A stretch of DNA of 64,000 bases from Spongospora subterranea f. sp. subterranea (lineage: Eukaryota), in the NCBI GenBank assembly GCA_049724395.1, contig JAUGWO010000027.1:1-64000 (forward strand), read 5' to 3'. Below, one piece after another: positions 1 through 11,966 of the stretch. Under the pieces are notes generated by a model. It made no database searches. It was not told the DNA's origin and was given only the letters and a program-made list of their open reading frames with translations. A program made the translations under genes and the position numbers. Numbering within the stretch: the first letter of the stretch is position 1; each line of letters starts with the position of its first letter.

Positions 1-1195
1 TTGAAGTCAAAAACCAAGGTTTGCAGATTGTTCACTGGTAAGTTTGATGATATATGTTAAGGATTTGTCGCAAAGCATGACGAATTTGATAATGTACAGG
101 GCGGGTCTTCACTTGCAGTCAAGTTGCGTCACAACGGGGAGAGAGTGTGAATTCCATCATAAAAGAGAAGGGCGTTAAAAAAAAGGAGCTGCGTTCGTTT
201 AATCTGTATCAGTTATGGCAGCATTTGAGCAACCAGTTCAACAGAATGGAAGCCCGATCGCTCGACATAATCTGCGACCTTTATCCGCAGCAAAAAGAAA
301 TGGAGCACGTTCGTCGACAACATGTGGCAAAGACACGGCAAAGCTGTCGATCTTCCGCTGGCGGAATTGGCCGTTGATTGTGATTTTGATTGGCGAGTGC
401 TTTCCTCGGACCAGACTGTATCACATTTGGTGGTACTTGAAGATGATCGCCTGGGGGGCATTCCATCCTGCAACTGTGCTTGTTTTATTTCTAGCCTAGT
501 TCCTTGTGCTGGCATCTGCGTTGTTTTCAGCCGCATCGATGCAAGTCGTATTTCATGAGGCAAATCTTCACCGACGCTGGCGTCTGGAATATCATCCACT
601 GTACACGAAAGCTTTAGAGAAGTTAAACTTGATTCATCCCAAAGGAACTGAGGAACCTTCCCCAGAAACAATGGTTCCGGGATATTCGCAATCACATCTT
701 GATATTACCGCATATCAGAGTGTCCTGTATCCTGCCAAGGCAGACGTTCGATATTCTAAGATTAATAATTTATGGAAATCAATCGAACCATATGCGATTA
801 GCAACGAGCATACATACCGGTTGCTCACTGTGAATCTGCTGGAATTTCGCAACAGTTTGCATGGCGATGGAAGGGCAGCCTTTCTTCAACCTGAACATGT
901 ACCTGCAGTGGCGTCTCTAAGTGTTCCAGTGCTACCCCCTAGTAAAAGAGGCAGGGGTTCGGATGATATCAACAGGTACTGTATGGGCTTGTATAAGAGA
1001 CCAGAAAACGCAAACAATGTTGCTGTATTTAAGTGGTTGATTTTCAACAGATCATCTTTAAGTCGGCGTAAGAATGGCAAATGTTCGGCGTGCGTCAAGG
1101 CTGGTGCTGTTCCAGTCGACAATCATCGGGCGGGTAGTAGTAAATGCCCATTACGAGCCCCGTGTGCATCTTTAACATCTATTGTTCTGGAATAA
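1..1195 (+). mobile_element. Degenerate MULE/FAR1-like transposase C-terminal part (SWIM-like finger plus terminal zinc knuckle), 5' truncated by the window edge
   Basis: Broken ORFs 147-377, 322-558 and 506-1195. A GESVNS motif, a SWIM-like 'SCNCACFISSLVPC' and a terminal 'KCSACVKAG..NHRAGSSKCP' knuckle occur in the order typical of MULE transposases. Confidence 0.5.
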
Positions 1196-1582
1196 AAATG
1201 TGGTTGATCAAATCGACAAAATTCTACAGAACGCGTAAATTATTTTGAGAGATCCAACACGAAATCAAATGTAAAGAACTGAGAGCCAATCTCATTGGTG
1301 GAGGGTTCAATTATGCGTTAGACTTTAGACTCATAGCTGTAGTTCTCACCCGGGAAAATATTCATCGTTGTTGAGATGGTTGCCAGACTTCCTCCAACCT
1401 TCTACCGGTACAGTCACTCACTAATTATCACTAATTTGTGACTGTACATAAGGTTTTGGAGTGGAGAGACTGGAATCTCTCCCCGCGGGGAGAAAACCCC
1501 GTCTCTCCCGCGGGAGAGAAGACACCACCAACACAAGGTAAAACAACAAAAAAGTGTATGTGCGCACTTTTTCTTTATGTAT

Positions 1583-2537
1583 TGTTGTTTTCGGGAGAAA
1601 TGAAATATTCGCGACGAAAACTGCGTCACTTGTCCGGGCTGCGCTGAAATTTCGCAGCACTGCATTTGGTCATCCACATCCTGTACCTTCAGAGCATAAT
1701 CTCGACGACGGAGCATACCACGATTGTCGAATGAAACTTCGTCGAGAAACGTCAACGTTGCATGCGTCCAATCAATTGCTTTCAGCTCGTTGAAAAATCG
1801 AATTATATCTTTGCGGCTGATCTGGATTGCACAACGCTCTATGTACTGCAATACGAACGTAGATTTCATCAATGACAAGCAACGGACCTCAATCATCGTA
1901 CCTTGTAAGTTAGTTTATTCTCCGACATAATCCTCCAAACACTGGGAACGCTGATATTTACCCCCCATTCAAGAATGAAAGCATGTCGTGTTTCATCTAG
2001 GAATGATAACGGATGTTTCAAGATAAATTCAAAAATCCATTTGCGTTGCTGGGGCGAATTTCGGGTTTGATCGCTGGGATGAACGACGATAAACCTCACC
2101 AGTTTCTTGGTACCGGTTGATCCATCGGCTAATGGACCCATTGCCTTTTCTGAAAATCGTGGCAATCTTTTGTTGCAGCCCAAGGGCGTAGAACTAGAAA
2201 GAAATAAGCGTAGATTGCATGCATTTTTGTATTTGATGATGCATGCGGGCCATCAATTGCAGCCCATAGCCCTCCTTGTCGTGCACCGACCATGGTGTCA
2301 GGTCGAGAACAGGATACAACAGGGACGCAAGGGTTGATCAGTTTATTATCAAACAAAAGATCAAGCACGATGGAATCATTGAGGAAAATGTCTGAAAATG
2401 TTACTATAGTCTTTGACCACGTTACCGCATGTTAACTGTTACCGTAGTCAGCGATATTTGATGAGGGGGCCTCTCGAAGAATCGCAGAGTGCGACTTTAA
2501 ATCATCGCAGTGTTCCATTTGAACTAAGAATCGCAGT
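1583..2537 (-). mobile_element. Tc1/IS630-like DDE transposase remnant, copy 1
   Basis: 'LTFLDEVSFDNRGMLRRRDYALK' (first catalytic D) and an HTH-like 'FILEWGVNISVPSVWRI'. Frameshifted; direct repeat of 2843-3844. Confidence 0.65.
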
Positions 2538-2842
2538 ATTGTTGAAGTGAACAATACAATATATTGTTATTGTTGAGGTAACCAATACAACCCACTGTTT
2601 CTGCAGCGGTTCCTGTGTTAAGGGTTCAAAGTGCCTACAAGATTCTATTGTAATATATTTGTTACAATATGCGACTTTGTGTAATGTGGAATTGTGGATG
2701 TCGGGACTTCGTCGATTACTGTATTGTTTTTGGGGCCAAATATGGCTGACTGGATAGCCCTTGGAAAAAGGATTCCATCGATACTCAGGTGTCTACCTCA
2801 CTTTTTCGGTTTTAGGGTTTTACTTATATATTTTTTTATACT

Positions 2843-3844
2843 GTTGTTTTCGGGAGAAATGAAATATTCGCGACGACAGAAATCGTCATGCGTACTTGTC
2901 CGGGCTGAGCTGAAATTTCGCAGCACTGCATTTGGTCATCCACATCCTGTACCTTCAGAGCATAACCTCGACGACGGAGCATACCACGATTGTCGAATAA
3001 ACTTGCGTCGAGAAACGTCAACGTTGCATGCGTCCAATCAATTGCTGGGAAAGTACAGCTTGGAAAAGTGAGGCAGATGTCCAGATAAGAGATTTTTGGC
3101 GGCATCAGAAATTTGGTTCGTCGGTGGATTGGGCATCCTTGGGCGCCCCTAATGCCTACGGCCTGTACTGCAATACGAGCGTAGATTTCATCAATGACAA
3201 GCAACGAACCTCAATCACGTACCTTGTTCCAGTTTATTCTCCGACTATAATCCTCCAAACACTGGAACGGTTATTGTTTACCCCCCATTCAGAAGGTTGA
3301 AAGCATGTCGTGGTTCATAGGAATGATAACGGATGTTTCAAGATAAATTCAAAAATCCATTTGCGTTGCTGGGGCGAGAATATCACTGTTTGATCGCTGG
3401 GATGAACGACGATAAACCTCACCAGTGTTCTTGGTAATACGTACGGAATGCATCGGCAGGTATGGACCCATTGCCTTTTCTGATAATCGTGGCAATCTTT
3501 GCAACCGTGAGCCCCAAAAAGAAATAAGCGTAGATTGCATGCATTTTTGTATTTGATGATGCATGCTGGCCATCAATTGCAGCGCATAGCCCTGCTTGTC
3601 GTGCACCGACCATGGTGTCAGGTCGAGAACAGGATACAACAGGGACGCAAGGGTTGATCAGTTTATTATCAAACAAAAGATCAAGCACGATGGAATCATT
3701 GAGGAAAATGTAGTCTTTGACCACATTACCGCATGTTAACTGTTACCGTAGTCAGCGATATTTGATGAGGGGGCCTCTCAAGAATCGCAGAGTGCGACTT
3801 TAAATCATCGCAGTGTTCCATTTGAACTAAGAATCGCAGTACTG
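2843..3844 (-). mobile_element. Tc1/IS630-like DDE transposase remnant, copy 2
   Basis: Near-identical to 1583-2537 except for a replaced block at about 3045-3162. On the minus strand the end reads TA-CAGTACTGCGATTC, a Tc1-type terminus with a TA target site. Confidence 0.65.
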
Positions 3845-4203
3845 TATATTGGACATGAAACAAACTCTGTACTTGATTTTACAGTCAAGAAATGTGATTG
3901 GGTGTATTGTAAACCCCCCCTCCTCCGTCCGTTGTCCCAGACTATATATACACGTAGGTGTATATAACCGTGACCTGCTCTGGTTCAGGACAAAGGGGAG
4001 AAAGCGACTAAAAAATTTACTGATTCATGAACCGATCGATGCCTTGAGTAGTCTTTGACGGCAAACTCAACTTGAGCAACACTTAATGATTGACCGTTTT
4101 TCAAACGATATGCATCCATATAACGCCAGCACTTCCGCGCATATCTCTGGATATGTTCTAAGGTGTATCAATTGAGCCATGCATTGATGATATAAAGAAC
4201 ATA

Positions 4204-5563
4204 CTCCCTCCATTCCAAAATAAGTGTCGGATTTCTTCAGAAACCCGAAGTTAAGCTCATTTTTTTTTCAAATACGGATATTTTTTTTTCTGTACTTGAA
4301 ATTTTGCATACGTCAAATCAATGGATTTTTGTATTGAGAACATGGAATTCCTTTACGCCAAAGCTCGGCACATTTGAATCTCTATAGTCTATGGAGAACA
4401 ATAATAGAATTGGTGAGTGAACAACGTTACGCAGCATTGATGATAATGATCTCATAACATAATGGAATCGATTGTCATGAACCTGTCAACTTTGACTATT
4501 CATGGGAGCAAATCTCAGCAAGAAATTTCAGCAGTGCTTCCGATGCAGAATTTGTGCATGTGGAGGGTGAAGATCCCGCGGCTCCAGTACACGATCTCAA
4601 GGTCAATAAGATAGAAAGGGTCCGGTATTGTTTGGACCATCTTCAGATCATAAGTCTGGCAGACGATAGCGCAACATTTTCGCCAATGTTCGATATTATC
4701 CACGTGGATGAAAATGGTTTCATATAACTCAGGATGCCCGAAGATATTACCTTGTTCCGGCGGAAGAACCAGTAAGTTGCTGCCAAAGCAAAAGCCTTAT
4801 TTTGAAGGTCATGTTCTTGGCCGCTGTCGCAAGGCCGGTTTTCGACTGCAATGGAACATTGCTTCTCGACGGAAAGCTAGTATATGGTCATTTGTGACTC
4901 AGAGTCAAGCGCAGAGAGCAGGCAAGAAACGCCTTCGAGGAACAATGATCACGACGGAGATAAATGTGGATCAAAGAACCTTCCGGAATGATAGAGCAGT
5001 TGCTGCCTGCTATTGAGAAAACATGGCACGTTGGGAATGATATTCGGGCTCCAATATCAATCCGACAGGGAACGACCGCATATACTGTACCATGTGACGA
5101 CGAAGCGTTTCTGCAGGCAGCGGCGTCCATAAAAAACCTCAATATCAACTTGAGATTCCAGCCGGCGAATAGCCCAGACCTTAGCGTGTTGGATTTAGGT
5201 TTTTTTCGAGCGATTCAAGCAGTCCAGCAGAAGAAATTGATGACCAATATCGATGAACTGATCTCCAGCAGTTGAAACAGCATTTGAGATGCCAGCTCAG
5301 ACCTTGAACTGCGTCTTTCTCACATTACAGACCTGCATGCTCGAGACACTAAAACGAGAAGGTGGGAACGATTACAACATTCCTCATATGGGAAAGAAGT
5401 CACTGCTTTTACAGAACCAGCTTCCAGTTCAGATTAGCTGCGATAAAAGTTTGATCGACCTCGCGTTATCCTGCTTAGGAACCGAATAAAATCACCATGT
5501 TCCGTTATCCGCCATGCCCATAATCCTATACTTGTACAGATATCGACAAAGTGTGACGAGACG
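4204..5563 (+). mobile_element. Mariner (DD39D/plant-type) element, internally deleted and lacking its right end
   Basis: TA followed by the TIR CTCCCTCCATTCCAAAATAAGTGTCG at 4204. Motifs DIIHVDEKWF and 'QPANSPDLSVLDLGFFRAIQ'; frameshifted. Confidence 0.85.
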
Positions 5564-5565
5564 GA

Positions 5566-7337
5566 CCCTCCATTCCAAAATAAGTGTCGAAAATGGGTTT
5601 GATGTTTTTTCAAAATAAGTGTCGCAATTGCGCATTTAACTGTGAATCGGTCTCGTCACACTTTGTCGATATCTGTACAAGTATAGGATTATGGGCATGG
5701 CGGATAACGGAACATGGTGATTTTATTCGGTTCCTAAGCAGGATAACGCGAGGTCGATCAAACTTTTATCGCAGCTAATCTGAACTGGAAGCTGGTTCTG
5801 TAAAAGCAGTGACTTCATTCCCATATGAGGAATGTTGTAATCGTTCCCACCTTCTCGTTTTAGTGTCTCGAGCATGCAGGTCTGTAATGTGAGAAAGACG
5901 CAGTTCAAGGTCTGAGCTCAGCAAATGCTGTTTCAACTGCTGCGATCAGTTCATCGATATTGGTCATCAATTTCTTCTGCTGGACTGCTTGAATCGCTCG
6001 AAAAAAACCTAAATCCAACACGTTAAGGTCTGGGCTATTCGCCGGCTGGAATCTCAAGTTGATATTGAGGTTTTTCTATGGACGCCGCTGCCTGCAGAAA
6101 CGCTTCGTCGCCACAGTATATGCGGTTTTGCGTTATCCTGTTGAATAAATATTGGAGCCCGAATATCATGCCCAAAGTGTCATGGTTTCTCAATAGCAGG
6201 CAGCAACTGCTCTATCAGGCATTTCCGGTAGGTTCTTTGATCCACATTTATGTCCGTCCTGATCATTGTTCCTCGAGGGCGTTTCTTGCTTGCTCTCTGC
6301 GCTTGACGTTGAGTCACAAATGGCCATATACCTAGCTTTCCGTCGAAGAGCAATGTTCCATTGCAGTCAAAAATCGGCCTTGCGACAGCGGCCAAGAACA
6401 TGACCTCGGAACAAGGTAATATCTTCGGGCATCCTGAGTTATATAAAACCATTTTTCATCCACGTGGATGATGTCGTACATTGGCGAAAATGTTGCGCTC
6501 TCGTCTGCCAGACTTTTGATTTGAAGATGGCCCAAACAAAACCGGACCCTTACAATCTTATTGACCGGGTAAAGCTTTGGTTTCAACTTGTTTGTGTGTT
6601 TTCTGAGCTCACCGTCCCTGAAACGGCGGAACAACGTTCCAATAGACATATTCATTGCTGTTGCCAATGTAGCCAATGTTCGGCGCTGTTCTAACGGCAC
6701 CTCTCGAAACTTATCCTGGTCTAAACAGTTTTTTTCTCCCCACGTGTCCTTTTTTTCTTGACAAAACGTTCGTTTAAGTGCCAGCTTTTACGCATTCCTT
6801 ATGCCTGTTCTACACCCTTTCGATCGTACGCCGATTGATTTGCAGTTGATCAGATAGCCCTTTGATGGATCCGCGTTTCAATTTCCGTTAACGCTTTCCA
6901 TTAGAAGTTGTTCGTAAATCATCTGGCGGGCGTCATTCGTCAAATTTGGCCTTGACCCTGAGGCGACTGAATCGTGTACTGGAGCCGCGGGATCGTCACC
7001 CTCCACATGCACAATTCTGCATCGGAAGCACTGCTGACAGCGTTCATTTCTTGCTGAGATTTGCTCCCATGAATAGTCAATATTGACAGGTTCATGACAA
7101 TCGATTCCATAATGTAATGAGATCATTCACCAATTCTATTATTGTTTCCCATAGACTATAGAGATTCAAATGTGCCGAGCTTTGGCGTAAAGGAATTCCA
7201 TGTTCTCAATTTAAAAATCCATTGGTTTGACGTATGCAACATTTCAAGGACAGAAAAAAAAATCCGTATTTGAAAAAAAAATGAGCTTAATTTCGGGTTT
7301 TTAAAGAAATCCGACACTTATTTTGGAATGGAGAGAG
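5566..7337 (-). mobile_element. Mariner (DD39D/plant-type) element, near full length, degenerate transposase
   Basis: TIRs at 5566-5589 and about 7312-7337, followed by TA. Motifs 'MYDIIHVDEKWFYIT', 'MFLAAVARP..FDGKLGIWPFV' and 'GGNDYNIPHM'. Confidence 0.88.
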
Positions 7338-8419
7338 TATTTAATAAGAACCCAGAACTATGGAGCTGCGCTATCGTAGCCACGCTATCAAAGCCACCGT
7401 AGCCAGGCGGAACTCGCGGCCTGCGCCAGGCCTTGACCTGGGGTCTTGAAATTCGTCCTGAAATAGACGATTCATTCTGTTACCAGCTACAAAACCCGTT
7501 TCTGGTTTCGTAGACTGACAATTCTACAAAGAATTCTTTTAGCTGTAATGGCAACGATGATCACCACAGGTGATGACGACGAGCTTCTTTACGACTATAA
7601 GACTTCAACAGAGTCCAATGAAACCAAAGACGAAAGGCTGGACCCAGTGATGATGACGGAGACGCTAGCGCTAGTCGCCAGCAATCAAACAATGAAGGAC
7701 CGGTGGCCAGACACGGCCGCCTGATGAACACGACGACCAGTGACCAACTGCGGAGCGAGATGTGGGATCAGTGACAGTGATTCCACGGACGTGTCGCTAA
7801 TTCCGTTAGGGATAGCACAGATGGCCAAACGCAACGCGGCAACGACCCGTCGATCATGATCGAAAGGCTGCAGGAGCCGGTTCGACTCAGACTGGGCGAC
7901 AATAAGACAGATGTAGAAGCGACGACCGGTGAAATCGTCACCAGACAGCGGATATGCCTGATCTGGGACGTGTACTGTACAACAGAAAGACTGGATTAAA
8001 ATCACCAGGAAGCTGCGGTCAGTTGTGAAACTAGGGTTTCCCCATTCGACATACCAATGGTTTATATGATTTTGTATTATTTTATAACGAATCAACCGAC
8101 AAACACAAAAACTGAAGACCATATGAGATTGTGTGAAATGACGCATCGATCGCACGCTGGGTGTACTGAATGTTCAGCACCTTGCCATTAGATGAGATTG
8201 TCGCTGACAGTGAATAATTTGTTATCATGTTTGAAAACACACTGGCATGTGTGCCCATCAACCCGAGCTCCAAGGTTTATGTTCTGGGGTGCCCGGAGTC
8301 TCGTGCCATTCTTCAGTATTTCGAAGGAAAGGAGGCGGAGACCTTCACGCTAAGTATTCCGTTTGCAAAGAAAATGCTGCCAAGTGAAATTAACATGATC
8401 ATTGAACACTTGTTTAACC

Positions 8420-9445
8420 TTATGGTATAATTTTTTTGGAAAAGCGAATAGTTCCAAGCAGCAAAGGGGGCGTATCCCTCCGTGTCAGTTTTTGTCTTGA
8501 CGGTCGCCCCAAATATATCATATGGCGATACTGAATCAGTTGAATCGTTATATAGGAAGCTGCGTCAATTGTGAAACTAGGGTTTTCCCATTCGACATAC
8601 CAATGGTTTAAATGATTTTTTTTCAATAACGATTCGACTGATTCAATATCGCCATATAATACATTTGGTGCGACCGTCAAGACAAATACTGACACGGAGG
8701 GATACGCCCCCTTGCTGCTGGAAATTATTCGCTTTTCCATACTTGGCAGCATTTTCTTTGCAAACGGAATACTTAGCGTGAAGGTCTCCGCCTCCTTTCC
8801 TTCGAAATACTGAAGAATGGCACGAGACTCCGGGCACCCCAGAACATAAACCTTGGAACTCGGCATGATGTAAAATGACGCATCGATCGCACGCTGGCTG
8901 TACTGAATGTTCAGCACCTTGCCATTCGATGAGACTGCCTCTGACAGTGAATAACATGTTATCATGTTTAAAAACACACTGGCATGTGTGCCATCCGCCC
9001 ACCACACAATCTCATATGGTCTTAAATCAAACTGAAAACCTGTTTTTTTGAATCTCATTGGAGTATTACGCTCCGCAGCTGTAAGGTCCAAATCGTCTGA
9101 GGATTCAGCCGCACAAGATTCGAAATCGCGTTTTGCGCCAATCATCATCGGTTGAAGTTCGTCAGCATCGTCATGGGCAACCATTCCATGAGCAGCATCA
9201 ACAGCCAAAGGTAAACGACATAACAACACTGTGAAGTGGAGGTACCATTGTTGGAGAGATTAGTTCTCCACTGGCGAATTTTGCGCCCTAGTAACGCTGA
9301 ATCCAACAACGCGAACAACGCGTCGTGTGATTTGACTTGCTTGCCAGTTACAACGTTCCCATCAATTCCATCGTTGAGCTCGGACATAATAGTGGTCAAA
9401 CGCTTTTCGTGCTCTGGAGTCCAAGCCGCTACTTTATTGCTGTAG
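8420..9445 (-). pseudogene. Unidentified ORF remnant interrupted by a pogo insertion and partly re-duplicated downstream
   Basis: ORFs 8420-9229 and 9145-9507. Parts recur at 8020-8550 in direct and inverted orientation. No family recognised. Confidence 0.3.
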
Positions 9446-9538
9446 ACCGTAATCCTTGGTCGGATGTACCCTTCGCTGAGATGTACCCCCGTCTGTACAT
9501 TTTTCAAGCAGTTTGTGTGGAATACCTATCTGCCCATC

Positions 9539-9993
9539 ATGGATGGGGAATGGAATAGTGGGGCATCCGACTTCGAGATCTTTTGGCCTTCGAGCTTCGG
9601 ACAACGGTCGTTCCTGCTGTTCGCATGATGTTTGCGGGGCATGCATAATTCCTGGAGCGGTAATTCGTTTACATGAAGTTCGTGTTAAAGGTTGCGGTTC
9701 TACTGTATCTTGTCATGGGTTGCCTGCAAATATTGCATCATACTTGCAAAGGCCCTGACGACAACACGCAAAGTGCTATAGCCGCGGTCTCAAATGGGAT
9801 GGCGCTGAGAGTTGCAGAATAGGATTTTTACCCAAATCTTACCTGCCAGTAAAGGATAAATTTGTCGGTCGCTTCGCACAAGTCACTTCGTTATACGATG
9901 AATTGACAAATTCGCATTTACGGCGCAAATCCCAACGTAATTTTGGAATGTTCGTCTTGCAGTTTTCTCGATGCTATTCTAATGGGTGAATAA
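9539..9993 (+). CDS. Spliced second gene inside the pogo element (GRSCxxHxxC motif, HIRAN-like C-terminal half), with small indels
   Basis: Manual translation: MDGEWNSGASDFEI/GLRASDNGRSCCSHDVCGACIIPGAVIRLHEVRVK, GT-AG intron 9691-9751, then GPDDNTQSAIAAV/KWDGAESCRIGFLPKSYLPVKDKFVGRFAQVTSLYDELTNSHLRRKSQRNFGM/SFLDAILMGE*. Confidence 0.6.
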
Positions 9994-10011
9994 ATCCAAC
10001 CTTGTTATTTA

Positions 10012-11196
10012 TTATCCCATCTTGATGCCGATATGGGCCCATGTGTTTAAAATCGTATCTAAGGAAATCTGGCGCCACGATGTCGAAATCCACGTTGCAA
10101 CATCCAGCCGCCCTGGTTTTTGACCAGTCTGCCGACCTCGCAAAAACTTTTCGTACTCCGATTTTGTATACAACTTGAAGGGGCGGTTAATTCCGACATC
10201 AAGCACCTGTAGAGTATTCGTACACCTGGGGACAATAAATTCGGGCATTGTCCCCACAGACGCCAAAGCGTCCGATACAGATGTTACCATGTGAGCTTTG
10301 AACGAGTCCATAATCAAATATGATTGATTGAAAGACTTGGATGAAAGCCAAGGTTTCCAGACACGATCGATCCACCAGCATGAGCTCCTCATCAATCTAA
10401 GCTTTGTCTTGAACGCTGTACACGCAGTCATCGGGAAATCCGAGCTCGACACACCTAGTTATTACCTCTCGACGGATTTGGAAAGTTCGCGTCCCTTTGA
10501 AAACCACAAACGGAGGTAGCTTGCGGCCATCCAGTGCAACACCTAACAGAACGGTGCACCGACCTGAACTGCCTGTAGTGGCAACAGTAATGGTGCGTTG
10601 ACCTCTCCTCCTCAGTGTTGTGGGAGATGGTTGATCAAAGTCCACGTTAGTCTCGTCAATGTTGACTACCGCACCAGCAGGTAGCTTCAACATTTTTATC
10701 TGCTGATTTACTGCCTCTAGAAAATCAATCTCTAAATCGTCCGTTTGGCGAGTTCTTTGGGCCTCATGAGTTTTGCGACGAATCGTGATATTTTCACGCC
10801 TCAGGAACCGCCCAATTCTTTGCCGGAGGGCAGGTAACCGATCGGGCAGCAGGTCAGGACAAAGCCGAACGGCCTCCTGCACCAAGGTGTTGATGCCAAA
10901 TTGCCAACTGGACGATCAAGCGCCCGCTCTTACTCAAAATACTCCAGCAAACCTTCATACAAATCAGGGTGTTGACGTCGGCCAGACGACGGGCAGTGGA
11001 TGAACCTGCTGTTCTGAATCGAACCATCTCCGACTTTATCGAAGAGTTTCTTCCACTTCCTGATTTGACAAGGAGCAACACCGTATTTGGATGCCGACAG
11101 TCGAATCATACCAGGCGAATTATAAGCCTCTGCCACGATGGCCTTCTTTTCTGCTAAGGTGAACAAGCATTTTCCTCGAGCACCCATGTTACACAC
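10012..11196 (-). pseudogene. Pogo-family (DDE_1) transposase, disrupted
   Basis: N-terminal HTH 'FTLAEKKAIV..SASKYGVAPCQIRKWKK', then 'NIDETNVDFD', 'DGRKLPPFVVFKG', 'LIMDSFKAH' and 'TNTLQVLDVGINRPFK'. Split over three ORFs. Confidence 0.85.
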
Positions 11197-11966
11197 CGTT
11201 GGAAAGCTCTGGATGAGACGAATCGATTACCTTACACTAACAGAGGTATTTATGTACATACACGGTACCCGCATTAAAGGTAACATTCCGCAACGGAGGT
11301 TTCTCCGCATGTTTTTCCCTTTTTTTTTCAAATTTTTTTGGCGGGGCCCTTGGAAGATTTTCTACTATCTCCGTTCAATGCAACCAGAAGCCTGGGAACA
11401 AACAAACATCGACGCCATCCTTGCTCAAATGTATTCTTTCACTCTAAAAAAAGTGCGTAAGCTGTTCATTTGGGGGTACATCCGATCAAGGATTACGAGG
11501 TACTTTCGTGTTTCTTGGGGTTCTCGTGGGTTAATTATTGCTAAACCGTACAATCATCTTAGCTCAACGCGTGTTTCGATTTTGACCTGGAAAATGCGTT
11601 CGAACATTTTCGAAAGCAGAAAATGCGCGCAGTAAAAACAAAAGTTTACACAATTTGCAAAGAGTCTCTACGACGAACGCAGAGTCATTTGACAGCCTCA
11701 ACATCCAATGTTTCAGGCCCACCCTAACACAATATGACGATGGTGCTTTTAGAGGACGGATATCATAGAGACAGGCAAAGGTGATTATCTAAGTTTGATA
11801 TGAGGATCAAGGTCGGGAACGTTGATACCCTATACACCGACGACCCTGTCGATTCGTCGATGATGAGCCATACTGTTCGAAGGATTAGCTGTATTCGTGA
11901 AAGGTAGTTTCTGAATAAGTGACTTCGATAATTGAGCGTTTGTGTCTTCGTTGGTTTGCAAATGGT

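Larger units (their letters stand above)
9448..11497 (-). mobile_element. Pogo-like DNA transposon (about 2 kb) with 24-bp TIRs
   Basis: CGTAATCCTTGGTCGGATGTACCC at 9448-9471 is the reverse complement (1 mismatch) of 11474-11497. The interval encloses a pogo transposase and a second convergent gene. Confidence 0.8.
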
